Shown here: piece after piece, positions 18,301 through 27,268 of the stretch
How positions within the stretch are numbered: the stretch's first letter is position 1
How the letters are laid out: every line of letters begins with the position of its first letter
Virus record (IMG/VR): IMGVR_UViG_3300036861_000275
Span: 28,313-92,312 of that record
Strand: one strand, 5' to 3'
DNA length: 64,000 nucleotides
Origin: a virus
Notes under the pieces: model-generated
The model's input: only the letters and a program-made list of their open reading frames with translations
Told to the model about the DNA's origin: nothing
Database searches by the model: none
Made by a program: the position numbers and the translations under genes

Positions 18301-21300
18301 TCCAATACCCATCAGCCCCCAGATCCTTCATCGTAGCCTTCATCCTGGCCATGCCTTCAGCGTTTGTGCCGTTTCCCTCGAAAGCTAGAGTGACGGCCGC
18401 CAGCCTTGACGAGACAGGAGTCCAACCTACTAACCGGCCCTGTTTCGTGTACAGTATCCGGAATGTCTCGTACCTAGGATCACGTAGTACCTGGGCCATC
18501 TCGGCGAGCTGGCGATGTCCCTCTATCTTGCGCCCTATCCAATCCAGTTTGCCGGTCTGGACAAGATCGGCGCGGATGCCGAGGCCCAGTACCTTAACGC
18601 CTTTCGGCCAGATAGCTGAGGATGGGGCCATGGACTTGAAACTATCCTCCGGGGTCGCCTGGACGGCTTGTAGATCCCAGAGGGCATCCATCGTTAGCTG
18701 GTTCGTGCGCGCCGAGGCGTCTTTGCGTTTTTTGTAATCCTGTACGCGCTCAAATAGCGCCTGACCTCGGTCCAGCACGCTCTCTCGCATGGCCGTGGTG
18801 ACTTCGAGGGAATGCACCGGATGGCCTTTGCTGATCGGGTCTATCAGGTTGTCCATCCACTGACCGTTCCCACGGTCTAGGGCCGATTGAGCCTCTCTCC
18901 TAGTCGCATACTGACCGACAACCGTACCCGAACCTGTAAGAGTAACCCAAGGCTTGGCGGCCTTTTCGGCATCGCTGACAGGCCCAAGGAAAACCAAGTT
19001 GGGCCGGTCCACCTCGACCATCGAGTACTTGGCGCCCCACTTCTTCCCGTACTTGACGGCAAAGTCCTTGAGGATCTTGTCGTAGAAGCCGCGCATGCCT
19101 TCGCCGCCAACCTCTAGCCCGTCGCCAGCTATGTATCCCTGGGCTTCGCCTACAATGCGGGCGGCTATCGGTTTCGGTAATACGTCATCGACCTGGTGTC
19201 CGACAAAACGTTCAGCGCCTCTGTTGGCTGTGCTAGCCAGCACTTTCCCATCCGAGCCGACCAGAAACTTAATGTCGCCGCCGCCGCCCTGTTTGCCCAA
19301 GACAACCATTGGCTGATGCTCGCCTCGGAGCGTGTTGGCCCACGTCACGGAATTGATCACGTGAGAGATTGAATAGCGCTCATTCTGCTGGGCGCCGGTG
19401 GTCCAGGATACCCTGTCGTAGCCGTTCTCTGCCGCCCAGCGCAACACTCGCTTGAAGGCGAGCTCGTGCCAGGTCTTCGCGAATGGAGCGTCAGGGACTC
19501 CTGTTTTCCCGACGTCTTGCAGCTTGTGAATCATATCTTCCTTCTCTACGAGGCTCTTATGCCTACTCCTGATCTCATCTGGTTCCGCCTGCTCAGCGCC
19601 ACGTCGCCCGATTAGAGTCTCATACTCTGCACGCTCTTGATCGAACGATTGCTGAAGGGCCTTAATCTGGGCGATTTCGGGTATCGTCAGCTCGCGACGG
19701 TAACCCTGCTTGCGGCCTTTCTGGTGCCAATCGGACTGGAGCTCCTCGATATGCAGCGTCCTACGACCTTCCGGATCGGTTCTGTCATTGAATCGTGTGT
19801 GCACTAGGATATTTGGTGCATCCCAGTGCGCCGACTCGAACACTACCGGTTTGCGTTTAGAGACTGTAGGTGCAGGTGATTCGTAGAAGCGGGTTCCATC
19901 CTTGACCATGTCGGCTACGTGACCAGCGTGACCCCTAAAAAACTCAAACACATTTCCATTACGATTAAGAGCTAAAACCTCGCCGCCATTATTCACTCTA
20001 CTGGCAGCGTCCTCGGCAGAAAGCCGAGCGCCTGTTTTAATAAACCCGTTGGGTCCCTGAGTCTCGGCCTGGATAATAGCGTCCATCCGATCCCGAGCTA
20101 GGTACGAGCCTATCGGGCGGCCCTTGTCATCAAACACGTCGAATACGTCCGCTCCCTGCATTTTGTTATGCCATGTAATACCCGCCGATACCGCTTCAGC
20201 AGGAAGACCCCTGATCGGCTGCTCGTCGCTGACGGAGACAGCCTGCTCGTACAGCATCATCCACTTATAGAACTCGTTCAGGTCCGATCTGATCTGGCCC
20301 TGGGCGGATTCCTGGACACCCGGGATCGGAATGCTGTATCGAATACTTCTGGCCTCATTGGTGTGGTACCCGAGCAGCAGATTAGCCTTTAACAGCTGCG
20401 GTACCCCGGCGGCGTTCTGGTCTAGCGTGATAGCAGCCGTGGCTTTAGCCTGGTCGGCCCGCTTCAGAATTGCTTCCTTGATACGCCTGTCGTCCGTCGG
20501 CTGATTTGCGTGCGTCAATTCCACCCAGCGCTCGAACTGGTCTTGTGTCATCTCTTCTAGTGCTTTGCGATTAAGCCCATGCAATTCGGCCGACTCGTTT
20601 GGATTGAGAGGGCTCACGTTACCTAGAGTCAGGAGAAGTTCACGGCCGTTCTTGGCCCCTGGGAGGACGTAAGCTGCATACTTCAATCCTTGCCCTGCAT
20701 TGGAAATATCCCTAGCGGCTTGATTCAGGTCACGACTCAGGTCGGCCACTCTATCCCTGGTCTCGAAAAATCTATCCGTCAAAGCTGCCAACCGATCTTC
20801 GACGGCCTGAATCGGCGGGCTGGGGACACCATTAATCAACATGGAGTCAGTGCCAGTGTAGAGAGCTGCCCGAAGATTTTTTAGCCCCCTATGAACCATC
20901 TGATTATCAGCACCGGCGCTTAAATCATCCATGATCTGATCGGCGCGATAGCCGCTCACTAAAGGATCAACGGCTCGCCATATATCCCCTTTGGCTGAGA
21001 CGTACTCACGATGAGCCGCTGAATGAGCCGCCTCTATGGTCTCTTTCTTCGCCAGCAATTCTGGCGGTGCCATTCCATAGACCACCTCGTCGACCTTGAC
21101 GGCGTTAGCATCCAGGAAGTTCACCACGTCCTGCTTGGTGACCGGCCCTGTCTTGTCGCGTAGCCAGTCATCCAGGCCGCTCCACTTAACTTCGTCCTGT
21201 TTGACCTCGTTCGACCTGAGAATGGCCCGAAGCTGGTCTACGCTTGCCCGCGTGGGCAGTTTGGTCTCTATCAAATCCTTGAGGCCAGAGTAAAATACTG

Positions 21301-24300
21301 GACCAGGCTCTCGCCTTACTCCATACTCTTGAGCCGCCTCGGCTAGCATTGAATGCTGGGCCGAATCGTAGCTGCCACGATTTCCGAGCGCGCTCTTAAT
21401 CTGTCCCGGGTTGAATGCTATCCAGACACGATGCTCCGGACTACCGGTTCTCTGGCCGCCGATATGAGTGATGCCGTCGTAGCCGGCGTTACGCAAACTC
21501 TGATTAGCTTGGCCGGTGGAGAACTCGTTGCCGTTAGCGCGCCAAGCGTCCGTCAACGCATCCCAGACTTGAGCCCCTCTGGCGTACGGCTTGTCCATAC
21601 CCTCACGGAGCATGGTAAGGGCCTCTGTGATCGTGAATTCTGGGAACATGCTCTCGTAAAATTCTTGCTGGACATATCCAGGCAGGGAATCGACAATGTC
21701 GCTCACCTGTCGGCCGGTCATTAGCGTATCATCGGCCTGGAATGGATTCTCTAGGCGGGCATACAGAGCGTAGACCCCTCCGACGCCGCGCTCCCGCTCT
21801 AGGATCTTCTGAATGACACGCATGTTGTAGGGCTGACCGCTAAGTTCGTCGAGCCACGCGTACTGTCCAGTTTCCAGAAAGCGCTGCACGTTGTTATCGA
21901 CCCGTTGCTGCTCCCCCTGGGAGAGATAGCCGCGCTCGATCATCCCGCGAGACCAATCCCTACTAGACTTCAGCTCGCTCACAACCCGATTGCGCTCATC
22001 TTGATCCGCGACTCCAACGTCCAACCCTTTATGGGCGTAGCCTCGGCGCTGGAATGTCGGTGTATGGATAGATGCTGCCCATTGCCTCTCCTCAATCGGT
22101 CCTTGACCTACACTCCATACGAATCCTTTTCGTCCAGGGGCGGCCATGGCTTCTTCCTGGGTCGGGAAGTACTTGACCTCGGTATCTTCTTCCACGACCC
22201 CGCCGGCAATGTTGGGCGATTCTGTCATGTAGAACCCGGGACCGTAGAGTGCCCCTGGATCAAATTTCTCAGGATTCACTTCCTCGAAGCCGGGGTTACC
22301 TGTGCCGTGGTAGACAACGCGTGGATCGCCGTTCTCGTTTCGGACATGGCTATTCCCGAACCACTGCCGGAAATTATCGGCGTGACTCCCGCTGCGGTTG
22401 TAGGGCGAGATAGGCTCGAAGAGTAGCATTTGGTTCTGCTTCTCTTCGAGACTGCCGCGGCCGAGTGGGGTTTGCTCGAATCCCTTTTGCTGCACCCCCG
22501 CCTTAAGCGGGGTCGCTGGCATCTGGCGGGGCGCTACTCCTGGGACGAGGGCTTGCTCTCCGATGGGGGTTTGTTCGTATCTGAGGCCCGCTTTGCCTTC
22601 CAGTGAGCCGATATCTTCTCGACCATTTCCTTGTGTCTCGGCAGAAGTGCCAAGTCGTCCTCGTGTAGGAAATGTTCCCCCGGTTTCGGTCTGGGTCGGT
22701 CGTTGCCCTCTGGGGACATCGTTGTTCCAGGCTTCATAGCTGTCCACCCTTTCCGTATCGTTCTTGAGAGCATCATATGTCGCAGCCGGCCTGGCGTCAA
22801 CCTCTAACACATAAGCCGGATCTACGAACTGAGTAGGTTCGCCCCTCTGGAGGCGATTCATGTAGCGGTCGACGGCTCTTTGAGCCGCCTTCTCCTCAGG
22901 TAATGCCATATAAGCCAAGTGCACTCGGTAGCCGTTCATCTTTGCCTTATTCAGGACTTGCGTGATACGGTCCGGGTTTTTGCCGGTCAACACATACACA
23001 ATATTGTCGCCTTGCGACACGGCATGATCGTAGACATCGTCGGCCACCGCCGATGACTCCATATGAACGGCGCCGTTGAATCTGCCGTTCTCTGATTCCG
23101 GGATCATCAGTTTAACGATGTCGCTATCAATAAGAAGAGCCGACAGCCGATCCTGAAGAGGCTCCGCGAGATGATCGGTCTTACCAGAAGCCGGACCACC
23201 TAGAACTACCGCTAGGATCTTGTCCTTGCCACGGGTCCCTTCGTCGGTATTGGCCAGCGCTCCGCGCTCCCACATTCGGACTGTCTGACCGTCACCGTAG
23301 AGTTGGTCTGCCCAGCCATCTCGCATCTGCCGCCGCTCGATCGTATTGATTTCGTCGGTAGGCTCTTTCGCTGCCTGCTCTTGGCGGGCGGCTACAATCT
23401 CAGGGGTATCGTATGGGGTGGATACCTCCAAGGTCTCTGGATTACCGGCGAACTCACCACCAACAGCCTTGCGGAGCGCTTCACCCTCTGGCGTTGTAGA
23501 CGTCCAGATTACCGGCTCATCGCCCTTTTGCAATTCCTCGACAAGGGACTTCCCGACCCCCTGCCTACGGGCATCCGGCTCGACATGGATGTACTGGATA
23601 TATGTCTTGCCGCGGTACGACGCCCAGTCTATGTGCCCGACCTGGGTATCGCCGCGCATGGCGCGTAGAGTTCCATCGGTCTGACCATGACTGACCCCTA
23701 GGACGTCGTTCTGGAAACTTATCTCTGGCAGTTGGCGGCCGCCGGCCTCCCGCACCACGGTCGGTTGCTCCACCTTGACAGCTTCCATGACTTGGCGATG
23801 GATAGCGAGCAGCCTGTCTTGGCCTGAATTGATGTCTCGCTTCCAATTTATGTCCTTTGGCCTGTTTTTGTTATGCTTTTCCACCGCGGCCCGCATTTCG
23901 GCCTTAGCGGACGCTAGCGCTTCGCTGGGGTCCATACCCTTCCGAAGGCCACGAACGTACTCACCTGGAGCCAGAGAACGGAGCATGTCGTCGAAGTGGG
24001 CCGCCCCGACAGGAATAGTGCCAAATGGACCCTGGTTCTTCCTGGCTACATTCTCTAGGCGTTCCGCTTCCGTATCCAGTTTGCGCATAACCGCAAAGAG
24101 CGCTTCCCTGGGCTTCTCTTCCAGGGCGCTATAGTATGGCTTTGGCTTCTCTACCTCGGCCGGAACGGCTTCGGCAGGTGCTTCTCTGCGAGCCTGCGCT
24201 TCTCGGCCAACATGTTCTGGACCTGCTGGCGGACCTTGGACCTGGCTGCGAGGTTCTTCTGGATTCTCTTTACCACCTCTTTCCTGGGCAACTTCGACAT

Positions 24301-27244
24301 TCGTACCTCCCTCGGCGGATGGGAGAGCGTACTCCAAGAGCTTACGCATATCAGCCCCGGATAGCGTCCTGCCGCCTGGTGTAGTGTACTGCGCGTCCTC
24401 CCCTTGACGATAGATGAGATCTAGCAATTCAGGCACGCCGCCGGCCGCATCAACCTGCTCTGCAATGGCCTCTACTAGATCATGGCTCTGGGGACCGCCT
24501 TCGGTCATGGTAGTGATAATGTCCGAGGCTGCTGGTACAGCTATGGTCTCGGTGTCTATGACCTCGTCGCCAAAGGTATCCGCCTGCTCACGTTGGACAC
24601 GGGTCTCCCATTCCTGCTTGGATAAGTTCAACCGCCCTAAATCGCTGAGCAGTTGAGCATCGGTGTACGGCTGCCCAGTGACCTCTTGGACTGCTTCTGC
24701 CATTCTGGCAGGAGATAGTCCGTTCTTGTTCTTGTATCTAAATGGTACAGGCGCATACTCTCCTTTAAGATCCTGAGTCGGAGACATTGCAATACCGCCC
24801 TTGGCGCGCACGAACTCACCTAGCCACCACGGATTAGTGGGGTGGGCGCCAACGGTATTCATGGCCTGTTCACGCGTAGTAGGTTGCGCAGGAGCCTGTT
24901 TCGGGGCCTGTGCCGGCGGCTGTTGGGCCTGGACGGCCTGTTTTGGCGCTGGGAGTACGGCAGGCGTAGCCGGCGGTATCGGTTGGGCGCCTTGAGTCTT
25001 AGCGGCCGTCTTGACTGCCTTCTTTCGAGTAACCGGCTGGGCCTGGACGGCGGCTGCCTGTGGCGCTTGCTGGGCGGCCTTTTCTTCGATAGCAGGGGCG
25101 GCCGGCGCAGCAGGGACAGTCTCCGGCTGAGCTTGCGGTGTAGCGCCCAGCGGAATATCAGTCGTCTGACCTGATTTCGATGAGAACTGAACGGTGTCTA
25201 TTAAGGCGCGCATGCCAGCGAATGGCGGCGATATCCCGACGTACTTGTCGCCCATGCCGGGCTTGAGATACGCGATGGTGACGTGCGGTACATACTCGCC
25301 GTGCTCGTTTGTATTCGGCAGATTACCCAGTTCTGTGTTGAGCCGCTTCAGGTCGGCGCTTCTCACTTCCGAATACAGGACATCGTAGCCTTCCTGCTTG
25401 AAAATGTTCAATGGTCCTAGCGTGACCTGAACGGCCTCCGATCCGGCCAGCTTATCTCGAATCGGGCCAGGGTCCTCGTCGTGTAGACCGAACCGTACGG
25501 TGGCGTGCGGAGTTTCCTCCCTGCCTTTCTCCGCAAGTTCTGCGTCCGGGATCGTGTCAGCAAATGCCCTAACATTTCCTGACATTTCATCAGGCAGGTT
25601 GACCTGGGTAGAAGAGTGCTCAAACTTCGGTTGTGGCTGTTCTTCGGGCGGCTCAGCCGGCTTCTCGACTGGCTTCTCAACCGGCACCTCTACTGCTGCT
25701 GCCGCCTCTGGTGATGCCTGTTCTGCCTGCTTGCCCACAGGGGCAGCAGTGGGCGGCGGTGGTGGTGGGGGCGGCGGCTCCTCGGCTGGCGGCTTAGCTA
25801 CTGCCTGCTGGAACTCGGCCTCGGCGCGCGCCTTCTCGGCCGGCGCCAGTTCCGGTCTAGCAGCAATCTTAGCGGCAATCTCTGTGCTTAAGATGGTCCG
25901 AAGCGGTGTTACGTAGCCCGCCGCAGATCCAGGGGCTGCCTCATATTGTTCTTGCGCTTCTCTCCGTGTCGGAGGCATGCCATGATGAGCCAGTGCCCCG
26001 GCGGGGGCGGCCACGATACCACCGATGACTCCCTGATAGGCTATGTCGCCGGCTCCGGCTTTCAGACGGTCCAACGCGTCCTCTAGATCCTGCGATGGAA
26101 TAGCCGTACTTATGGCTTGCTGCCCGGCCTCTTGGCCTCCCTCTGACCCTATCGTGGCCGCAGTGCGTTTAGCTTTTGCTACGATACCTTTTCCCTTCAC
26201 TTCCCCGAAGATGCCCCAGTGGTTCGTGAATGCCAGCAACATCGTGTTTGAGACAAACGACACAGCCGAACGCCTCGCCGCTTGATCGGGCGTCATGCCC
26301 TCGGCTACCATTTGTCTGTAGTCATCGCCGGCTTGCTGCATCGACTCCAGCCCAACCATGGCGCCTTCACCGAACAGGCGAGCCATATAGGGAGCGAACC
26401 TGCCGATCATCGAGGCTGCTTTCGCAGTCCCCATGGCGGGGACCATGAACAGAGCCATGGATGTCGCGGCGTTCACTAGATCATCGTAGAGTCCTGGGTT
26501 TTGCGGAGTTAACGACTCCTCGATAGCCTCCATCTTCTGCGCCAAAGGCTCTAGGTATTTATCTGCGTATGCTGTGAGAGTCCGCTCAGTCTTAGGAGTC
26601 GTCGTGACAGGTCCGCCGGCGAGTGACGGGCCCTTTTTGAATGATTCTGCGTCAGTTTGTCCCAACTGGTCAGCTAAATTGGCCATGGCTTGTCCAAAGC
26701 CAACAAGTCCGGTCCCCATGCCAACCGTTCCGCGTGCCACGCCGGCACCGGTACGTTCCAGGTATGTATATGGACGCTCTGGCGTTATAGGCCGATACGG
26801 GGTTCTCATGCCGGATAGGCCGGATGTGACTTCAGCTGTAACCGGCTCTTCAATCGGCGGGCCCGGCCGATTAGGAGTGGCCATACCTTCACGTTGCTGG
26901 GCGGCCGCTACAGCGCCCTGCGCCTCCTGGACTTCAGGACTGACAGTAGGAGCAGCTGGCGCAGGCATCCACGGGAATGATGCCCTTGGTGTAGTCGGTG
27001 GTAGGGGGGTGGGCTCTTCCTCGATCGGAGGACCAGGCCGATTAGGGGCGGCCATACTCTCGGTCGTGGTTTCATTGACCGGGGTTTTTTCTGGCGCCCC
27101 CCTATTGGCTTGATCTATAGCGATAACATCATCTACTGACAATTCTCCGGTAATGGTTGGAGCCGGAGTCGGGGCCTGGGCTGGCTTTGGGGCCCTGTTC
27201 GCCTTGTCAATCTCTACGACTTCATCGAGAGACAGATCGGCCAT
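15305..27244 (-). CDS. large polyvalent (probably virion-ejected) protein, 3979 aa: 2H phosphoesterase, GNAT, zeta-toxin-like kinase, ART-like, JAB/RadC domains
   Basis: PHATV/PHVTIAY; YIHVEPDARRQGVG; GGPASGKT; FRQWFG..VYHGT..GPGFY..GYDG; EELQSDW; HNHPSG.PAVSQDD; last gene of the ejection-protein block. Confidence 0.88.
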   Translation of the reverse strand: MADLSLDEVVEIDKANRAPKPAQAPTPAPTITGELSVDDVIAIDQANRGAPEKTPVNETTTESMAAPNRPGPPIEEEPTPLPPTTPRASFPWMPAPAAPTVSPEVQEAQGAVAAAQQREGMATPNRPGPPIEEPVTAEVTSGLSGMRTPYRPITPERPYTYLERTGAGVARGTVGMGTGLVGFGQAMANLADQLGQTDAESFKKGPSLAGGPVTTTPKTERTLTAYADKYLEPLAQKMEAIEESLTPQNPGLYDDLVNAATSMALFMVPAMGTAKAASMIGRFAPYMARLFGEGAMVGLESMQQAGDDYRQMVAEGMTPDQAARRSAVSFVSNTMLLAFTNHWGIFGEVKGKGIVAKAKRTAATIGSEGGQEAGQQAISTAIPSQDLEDALDRLKAGAGDIAYQGVIGGIVAAPAGALAHHGMPPTRREAQEQYEAAPGSAAGYVTPLRTILSTEIAAKIAARPELAPAEKARAEAEFQQAVAKPPAEEPPPPPPPPPTAAPVGKQAEQASPEAAAAVEVPVEKPVEKPAEPPEEQPQPKFEHSSTQVNLPDEMSGNVRAFADTIPDAELAEKGREETPHATVRFGLHDEDPGPIRDKLAGSEAVQVTLGPLNIFKQEGYDVLYSEVRSADLKRLNTELGNLPNTNEHGEYVPHVTIAYLKPGMGDKYVGISPPFAGMRALIDTVQFSSKSGQTTDIPLGATPQAQPETVPAAPAAPAIEEKAAQQAPQAAAVQAQPVTRKKAVKTAAKTQGAQPIPPATPAVLPAPKQAVQAQQPPAQAPKQAPAQPTTREQAMNTVGAHPTNPWWLGEFVRAKGGIAMSPTQDLKGEYAPVPFRYKNKNGLSPARMAEAVQEVTGQPYTDAQLLSDLGRLNLSKQEWETRVQREQADTFGDEVIDTETIAVPAASDIITTMTEGGPQSHDLVEAIAEQVDAAGGVPELLDLIYRQGEDAQYTTPGGRTLSGADMRKLLEYALPSAEGGTNVEVAQERGGKENPEEPRSQVQGPPAGPEHVGREAQARREAPAEAVPAEVEKPKPYYSALEEKPREALFAVMRKLDTEAERLENVARKNQGPFGTIPVGAAHFDDMLRSLAPGEYVRGLRKGMDPSEALASAKAEMRAAVEKHNKNRPKDINWKRDINSGQDRLLAIHRQVMEAVKVEQPTVVREAGGRQLPEISFQNDVLGVSHGQTDGTLRAMRGDTQVGHIDWASYRGKTYIQYIHVEPDARRQGVGKSLVEELQKGDEPVIWTSTTPEGEALRKAVGGEFAGNPETLEVSTPYDTPEIVAARQEQAAKEPTDEINTIERRQMRDGWADQLYGDGQTVRMWERGALANTDEGTRGKDKILAVVLGGPASGKTDHLAEPLQDRLSALLIDSDIVKLMIPESENGRFNGAVHMESSAVADDVYDHAVSQGDNIVYVLTGKNPDRITQVLNKAKMNGYRVHLAYMALPEEKAAQRAVDRYMNRLQRGEPTQFVDPAYVLEVDARPAATYDALKNDTERVDSYEAWNNDVPRGQRPTQTETGGTFPTRGRLGTSAETQGNGREDIGSLEGKAGLRYEQTPIGEQALVPGVAPRQMPATPLKAGVQQKGFEQTPLGRGSLEEKQNQMLLFEPISPYNRSGSHADNFRQWFGNSHVRNENGDPRVVYHGTGNPGFEEVNPEKFDPGALYGPGFYMTESPNIAGGVVEEDTEVKYFPTQEEAMAAPGRKGFVWSVGQGPIEERQWAASIHTPTFQRRGYAHKGLDVGVADQDERNRVVSELKSSRDWSRGMIERGYLSQGEQQRVDNNVQRFLETGQYAWLDELSGQPYNMRVIQKILERERGVGGVYALYARLENPFQADDTLMTGRQVSDIVDSLPGYVQQEFYESMFPEFTITEALTMLREGMDKPYARGAQVWDALTDAWRANGNEFSTGQANQSLRNAGYDGITHIGGQRTGSPEHRVWIAFNPGQIKSALGNRGSYDSAQHSMLAEAAQEYGVRREPGPVFYSGLKDLIETKLPTRASVDQLRAILRSNEVKQDEVKWSGLDDWLRDKTGPVTKQDVVNFLDANAVKVDEVVYGMAPPELLAKKETIEAAHSAAHREYVSAKGDIWRAVDPLVSGYRADQIMDDLSAGADNQMVHRGLKNLRAALYTGTDSMLINGVPSPPIQAVEDRLAALTDRFFETRDRVADLSRDLNQAARDISNAGQGLKYAAYVLPGAKNGRELLLTLGNVSPLNPNESAELHGLNRKALEEMTQDQFERWVELTHANQPTDDRRIKEAILKRADQAKATAAITLDQNAAGVPQLLKANLLLGYHTNEARSIRYSIPIPGVQESAQGQIRSDLNEFYKWMMLYEQAVSVSDEQPIRGLPAEAVSAGITWHNKMQGADVFDVFDDKGRPIGSYLARDRMDAIIQAETQGPNGFIKTGARLSAEDAASRVNNGGEVLALNRNGNVFEFFRGHAGHVADMVKDGTRFYESPAPTVSKRKPVVFESAHWDAPNILVHTRFNDRTDPEGRRTLHIEELQSDWHQKGRKQGYRRELTIPEIAQIKALQQSFDQERAEYETLIGRRGAEQAEPDEIRSRHKSLVEKEDMIHKLQDVGKTGVPDAPFAKTWHELAFKRVLRWAAENGYDRVSWTTGAQQNERYSISHVINSVTWANTLRGEHQPMVVLGKQGGGGDIKFLVGSDGKVLASTANRGAERFVGHQVDDVLPKPIAARIVGEAQGYIAGDGLEVGGEGMRGFYDKILKDFAVKYGKKWGAKYSMVEVDRPNLVFLGPVSDAEKAAKPWVTLTGSGTVVGQYATRREAQSALDRGNGQWMDNLIDPISKGHPVHSLEVTTAMRESVLDRGQALFERVQDYKKRKDASARTNQLTMDALWDLQAVQATPEDSFKSMAPSSAIWPKGVKVLGLGIRADLVQTGKLDWIGRKIEGHRQLAEMAQVLRDPRYETFRILYTKQGRLVGWTPVSSRLAAVTLAFEGNGTNAEGMARMKATMKDLGADGYWMMHNHPSGNPAVSQDDVNMTTTISGEVPGFQGHVVIDSGTYAVISSGARTPEMATIHKLPGTGPDTLLTPLVEHKLLNADVGTPQAMAAVAGQIVHGHQEIVLVYSDARNKVRAIQTLPLAEYNSGPEFRQWLQDQKRGFGAMRALVYTDSLWAGTDQISRTLIKNGNITDHVWRSPVTGAAGSEAVRTNVERGLEYGEKVTGYAVERERLTGVLPAARAAEARPGETGLMAREPTEDRRRQIQEEVGRRIRERTLARQQELSQAVQKSLPAPGETSPDPLVANPQNMQGAQPGALSQADVNVVDPILALGEHSQVLAVAKDLFTAAGVARDPDMLISDQIRNLMEDGKLTSDHLQSVRAKFGLTDTEFADALFRDAVRDAARRLGALGRLAQAIKRADPQIRAALDEVAEKQGLKEVMREQEIQRRWWNRLNNIRRGLLTTRWATGTHNFWGQNVRVGLDIADVGLQRMIQAGVKGLGGKIDPSRMADPSAAMHQLIDMWFRPGQRGTALQGPSKNEAEIRAILAAFPKEFSRAFSTYGSNELYKKAAGGSQARLDRILDGMDQGVSLLNIVNNWQENAFRNAILHAELDRLTTLRGKDLETLIKGNRADEIHLDDVKAAIQKSLELTFAESPEHGSVPWLFMNLVNRFLPLSFVIPFPRFMLNTLKFYGKFNPLGFLSLLSKAERAEFAKGNFRAISHSLMGAMLLGLSYALRDSDWAGDKWYEVNVGGHNIDITPYNPFAAYLFVGDLMVRARRGTLYNIDSWSILRGILSVNMRAGVGMALVDQLFKGLGDLDTEGMKGRLTGKLFGEAVAGLLVPLKNIQETMAIFSDKFATQRDPSLEPFLGPIKATTPFAAETLPERIAPTTGEVSKRRMPIAGMLGATVTQPKNDAERELDRLGFESREILPTIGIPEWDRMVKEEMGPLVEERIDPYVSSSAYQSLTDAEQREALAKKLREVRGVANSRVRAQDPELWKEMKMKKMGPVKRMIMEEHGR

Positions 27245-27268
27245 GATGGTCTCTATTGTACCCTGGTA

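Noticed and set aside
25750-25780. GGC/GGT tandem run
   Set aside because: Encodes a poly-Pro linker in the giant protein; not an independent repeat element.
15504-27113. Many plus-strand ORFs opposite the giant gene
   Set aside because: Antisense shadows without RBS or motifs.
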